Shown: one piece after another, positions 61,580 through 64,000 of the stretch
Position numbering within the stretch: the first letter of the stretch is position 1
How the letters are laid out: each line of letters begins with the position of its first letter
NCBI GenBank assembly: GCA_014238615.1
Contig: JABAAT010000024.1
Location: 104,234 to 168,233 of the forward strand
Direction of reading: 5' to 3'
DNA from: Gammaproteobacteria bacterium
Lineage (GTDB): Bacteria; Pseudomonadota; Gammaproteobacteria; Porifericomitales; Porifericomitaceae
DNA length: 64,000 nucleotides
Translations under genes and position numbers: made by a program
The notes under the pieces: generated by a model
The model's input: only the letters and a program-made list of their open reading frames with translations
What the model was told of the DNA's origin: nothing
Database searches by the model: none

Positions 61580-62758
61580 ATGGAGACCCCTGTAATCATT
61601 GCGGCCTTGCGCACCGCCGTCGGCAACTTCGGCGGATCCCTGGCCGGCACGACAGCGCACTCGCTGGGCGCCACCGTCCTTAGCGCCCTGCTGGAGCGGA
61701 ACAAAGTGCCCCCCGAACAGGTGGACGAGGTCATCATGGGACAGGTGCTGACCGCCGGTTGCGGACAGAATCCAGCGCGCCAGGCCGCGCTTGCGGCCCG
61801 GTTGCCGCACGGTGTCCCCTGCATGACTATCAACAAGGTCTGCGGAAGCGGCCTCAAGGCCGTGCAGCTCGCGGCCCAGGCCATCCGCTGCGGAGATGCG
61901 GAGATCGTGCTCGCGGGGGGTCAGGAAAACATGAGCCAGGCGCCGCACCTGCTGCCCCGCTCCCGCCAGGGCCAGCGCATGGGAGATTGGAAACTGACAG
62001 ACAGCATGATCCTGGACGGCCTGTGGGACAGCTTCAACGACTACCACATGGGCATCACGGCTGAGAACATCGCCGCACATTATGGTTTTTCCCGGAGCGC
62101 GCAGGATCGCTTTGCGGTGCGAAGCCAGAACCGCGCGGAAGAGGCGCAGAAGTCGAACCGCTTCCGGGACGAGATCGTCCCGGTGCTGGTGCCGCGGCGC
62201 AAGCAGGAAGATCTATGCTTCGATCGGGATGAATTTCCGCGCGCGGGTGTTACCGAAGAACAGATATCCGGCTTGCGCCCGGCCTTCAAACCGGACGGCA
62301 CCGTGACTGCGGCAAACGCCTCCGGCCTGAACGACGGTGCGGCCGCGGTGCTGCTCATGTCCGAAACCCGCGCCAAAAATGCGGGCCGGGAACCCCTGGC
62401 GCGCGTCGTGGGTGCTGCCGGTGCCGGCGTGGATCCGGCGATCATGGGAACCGGCCCCATCCCGGCCAGCCGCCGCTGCCTGAAGCGGATCGGCTGGAAG
62501 GTCGAGGACCTGGACCTGGTGGAAGCCAACGAAGCCTTCGCGGCCCAGGCCATGGCGGTCAACCAGGAGTTGGGCTGGGATACGGAGAAAGTCAACGTGA
62601 ATGGTGGGGCCATCGCCCTGGGACATCCGATCGGGGCATCCGGCGCCCGGGTGCTGGTCACCCTGCTGCATGAGATGCGCCGCCGTGACGAGCGACGCGG
62701 CCTGGCCACACTGTGCATCGGCGGCGGACAAGGGATAGCCTTAGCCGTTGAGCGCTGA
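61580..62758 (+). CDS. phaA: Acetyl-CoA acetyltransferase (beta-ketothiolase, PhaA-type).
   Basis: It carries thiolase active-site motifs (NKVCGSGLKA; the C-terminal GGGQGIA signature is preserved as CIGGGQGIALAVE). The ATG at 61580 gives 392 aa. The tracked ORF has an N-terminal extension. Confidence 0.9.
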   Translation: METPVIIAALRTAVGNFGGSLAGTTAHSLGATVLSALLERNKVPPEQVDEVIMGQVLTAGCGQNPARQAALAARLPHGVPCMTINKVCGSGLKAVQLAAQAIRCGDAEIVLAGGQENMSQAPHLLPRSRQGQRMGDWKLTDSMILDGLWDSFNDYHMGITAENIAAHYGFSRSAQDRFAVRSQNRAEEAQKSNRFRDEIVPVLVPRRKQEDLCFDRDEFPRAGVTEEQISGLRPAFKPDGTVTAANASGLNDGAAAVLLMSETRAKNAGREPLARVVGAAGAGVDPAIMGTGPIPASRRCLKRIGWKVEDLDLVEANEAFAAQAMAVNQELGWDTEKVNVNGGAIALGHPIGASGARVLVTLLHEMRRRDERRGLATLCIGGGQGIALAVER

Positions 62759-62806
62759 TCCCCCCCAAGGCGTCCCATCTTCCCCACCCCCGGAGCCGCC
62801 CCCCTG

Positions 62807-63394
62807 ATGACCGCCACACCGACCACCACACCACCTCCCGCAACGGCGGCCCCCGCAAGCGAAACGGATGCCGCCCCGCGGGAGGAACAACCCCGCCGCG
62901 TCATCAAGAAATACTCCAACCGCCGCTTGTACGACACCTACATCAGCGCCTACGTCACCCTGGAGGACATCCATATGCTGGTGCTGAGCAGCGTTGAGTT
63001 CCAGGTGGTGGACGTCAAGACCGGCAAGGATCTGACCCGCAGCATCCTCCTGCAGATCATCGCCAGCCAGGAAGCGCAGCGCGATTCAGTGTTTTCGGTA
63101 CGAGCCTTGTCCGACATCATCTGCTGCTACAGCGAATCCGTACAAGGCACCACCAATGAATTCCTGCGCGAGGGCATGGAACTGCTGTCTCAGCAGCAAC
63201 GCGACCTGCAGCGCCGCATGCAGGAGATAGCGGTCAATCCGGTGCGCACCATGAGCGAAATGATGGAGCGGAACCTGGCTATCTGGGGAAACATGCAACA
63301 GAACTTTCTCCGCTCCATGGGCTTCCCGGAATCGAGAGACACACCATCCGCCGCGGCGCAGTCCCGGGAATCCCCGGAACCCAAAGACAAGTAA
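62807..63394 (+). CDS. phaR: PHA synthesis repressor PhaR.
   Basis: IKKYSNRRLYDT is the PhaR DNA-binding signature. The N-terminus is Thr/Pro-rich. Confidence 0.88.
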   Translation: MTATPTTTPPPATAAPASETDAAPREEQPRRVIKKYSNRRLYDTYISAYVTLEDIHMLVLSSVEFQVVDVKTGKDLTRSILLQIIASQEAQRDSVFSVRALSDIICCYSESVQGTTNEFLREGMELLSQQQRDLQRRMQEIAVNPVRTMSEMMERNLAIWGNMQQNFLRSMGFPESRDTPSAAAQSRESPEPKDK

Positions 63395-63513
63395 GAAGGC
63401 GCCTGCCACGACCGATCCCCACCAGAAAGCCGAAAGCGCCGTCCCCCACAACCATCATCGCCCCACCAACCTAACCCCCCACGGCGCCAGGCGCGCCGCT
63501 CCTCTACTTCAAC

Positions 63514-64000
63514 TCAGGAGCGATGCCGCAACCACTTGCCGATCCCAGGCGCGACCAGCTTATTGGCCTTGCCGCTGACAAACAACCCGATGTGACCGCC
63601 CGGGAATTCCAGTGCGCTGTAATCAATGCTGCCTGTCAGTCCTTTCAGTGCCTGGGAGGCGGCGGGCGGCACCAGGTGATCCTTGAGAGCATAGACATTC
63701 AACACGGGCATGGTAATGCAATGCGGATCCACCTCCCGGTCGCCGATGCGCACTCCGCCCCGTACCAGCAGGTTCTGCTGGTAGAACTGCTGAACGAATT
63801 CCCGGAAGGCCTCGCCGGCCTGATCCGGACTGTCGAAGATCCACTTTTCCATGCGCACGAAGTTGGCCAGCTTCTGCTCATCGTCCAACAGGTCCAACAT
63901 GCCGAGGTATTTCTGGCCGGTAAGGCGAAACGGCTGTAAAGACAGGAACAGGCTGTTCAGCGAATCACCGGACACATTACCGCAGCTGTCCACAACCAGG
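63514..64000 (-). CDS. phaC: PHA synthase PhaC, class III-like. Only the C-terminal part is present; the gene continues past the window end.
   Basis: The C-terminus ...FPGGHIGLFVSGKANKLVAPGIGKWL resembles class III PhaC C-termini in the alpha/beta-hydrolase fold. Confidence 0.75.
   Translation of the reverse strand, partial: LVVDSCGNVSGDSLNSLFLSLQPFRLTGQKYLGMLDLLDDEQKLANFVRMEKWIFDSPDQAGEAFREFVQQFYQQNLLVRGGVRIGDREVDPHCITMPVLNVYALKDHLVPPAASQALKGLTGSIDYSALEFPGGHIGLFVSGKANKLVAPGIGKWLRHRS

Overview
This is a 64-kb, high-GC (about 65-68%) chromosomal segment from a gammaproteobacterium. The trailing PHA locus (acetyl-CoA acetyltransferase, PhaR and a class-III-type PhaC C-terminus) hints at a Chromatiales/Ectothiorhodospiraceae-like lineage, but this is inferred from protein similarity alone. 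The window is gene-dense housekeeping DNA. Gene order is as follows:

- An isolated rnfB/rnfC-like ferredoxin pair.
- lptD-surA-pdxA-rsmA.
- A TRAP dctQM permease pair.
- groES-groEL, on the minus strand with a CIRCE operator.
- cutA-dsbD-tlpA.
- aroQ-accB-accC.
- A fused 5-oxoprolinase.
- An esterase.
- rhlB / trxA-rho.
- The conserved lpxC-dciA(DUF721)-M23-secA-argJ-nudix block.
- A complete dcw cluster (mraZ-rsmH-ftsL-ftsI-murE-murF-mraY-murD-ftsW-murG-murB-ddl-ftsQ-ftsA-ftsZ) that contains murB and lacks murC.
- folE2.
- A GGDEF cyclase.
- An SDR oxidoreductase.
- apt.
- phaA-phaR-phaC'.

No rRNA, tRNA or CRISPR array was found.

The most unusual feature is a roughly 5.2-kb low-GC (about 50-58%) islet at 18.3-23.5 kb, wedged between accC and the oxoprolinase gene. 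It carries an orphan BrxC/PglY-like 1152-aa P-loop ATPase (the BREX ATPase, but with no other BREX genes) divergently paired with a 331-aa DUF2235 (Tle1-like) alpha/beta-hydrolase carrying a GFSRG serine motif. This is a candidate compact, undescribed defence or toxin module.

Other notable signals:

- Periodic GTGG MraZ-box repeats and a TTGACA promoter upstream of mraZ.
- A 1.1-kb non-coding tract containing 3 x 20-bp palindromic tandem repeats.
- AT-rich TTGTCCAAAA direct repeats upstream of the GGDEF gene.
- A housekeeping thioredoxin with a non-canonical CQPC active site.
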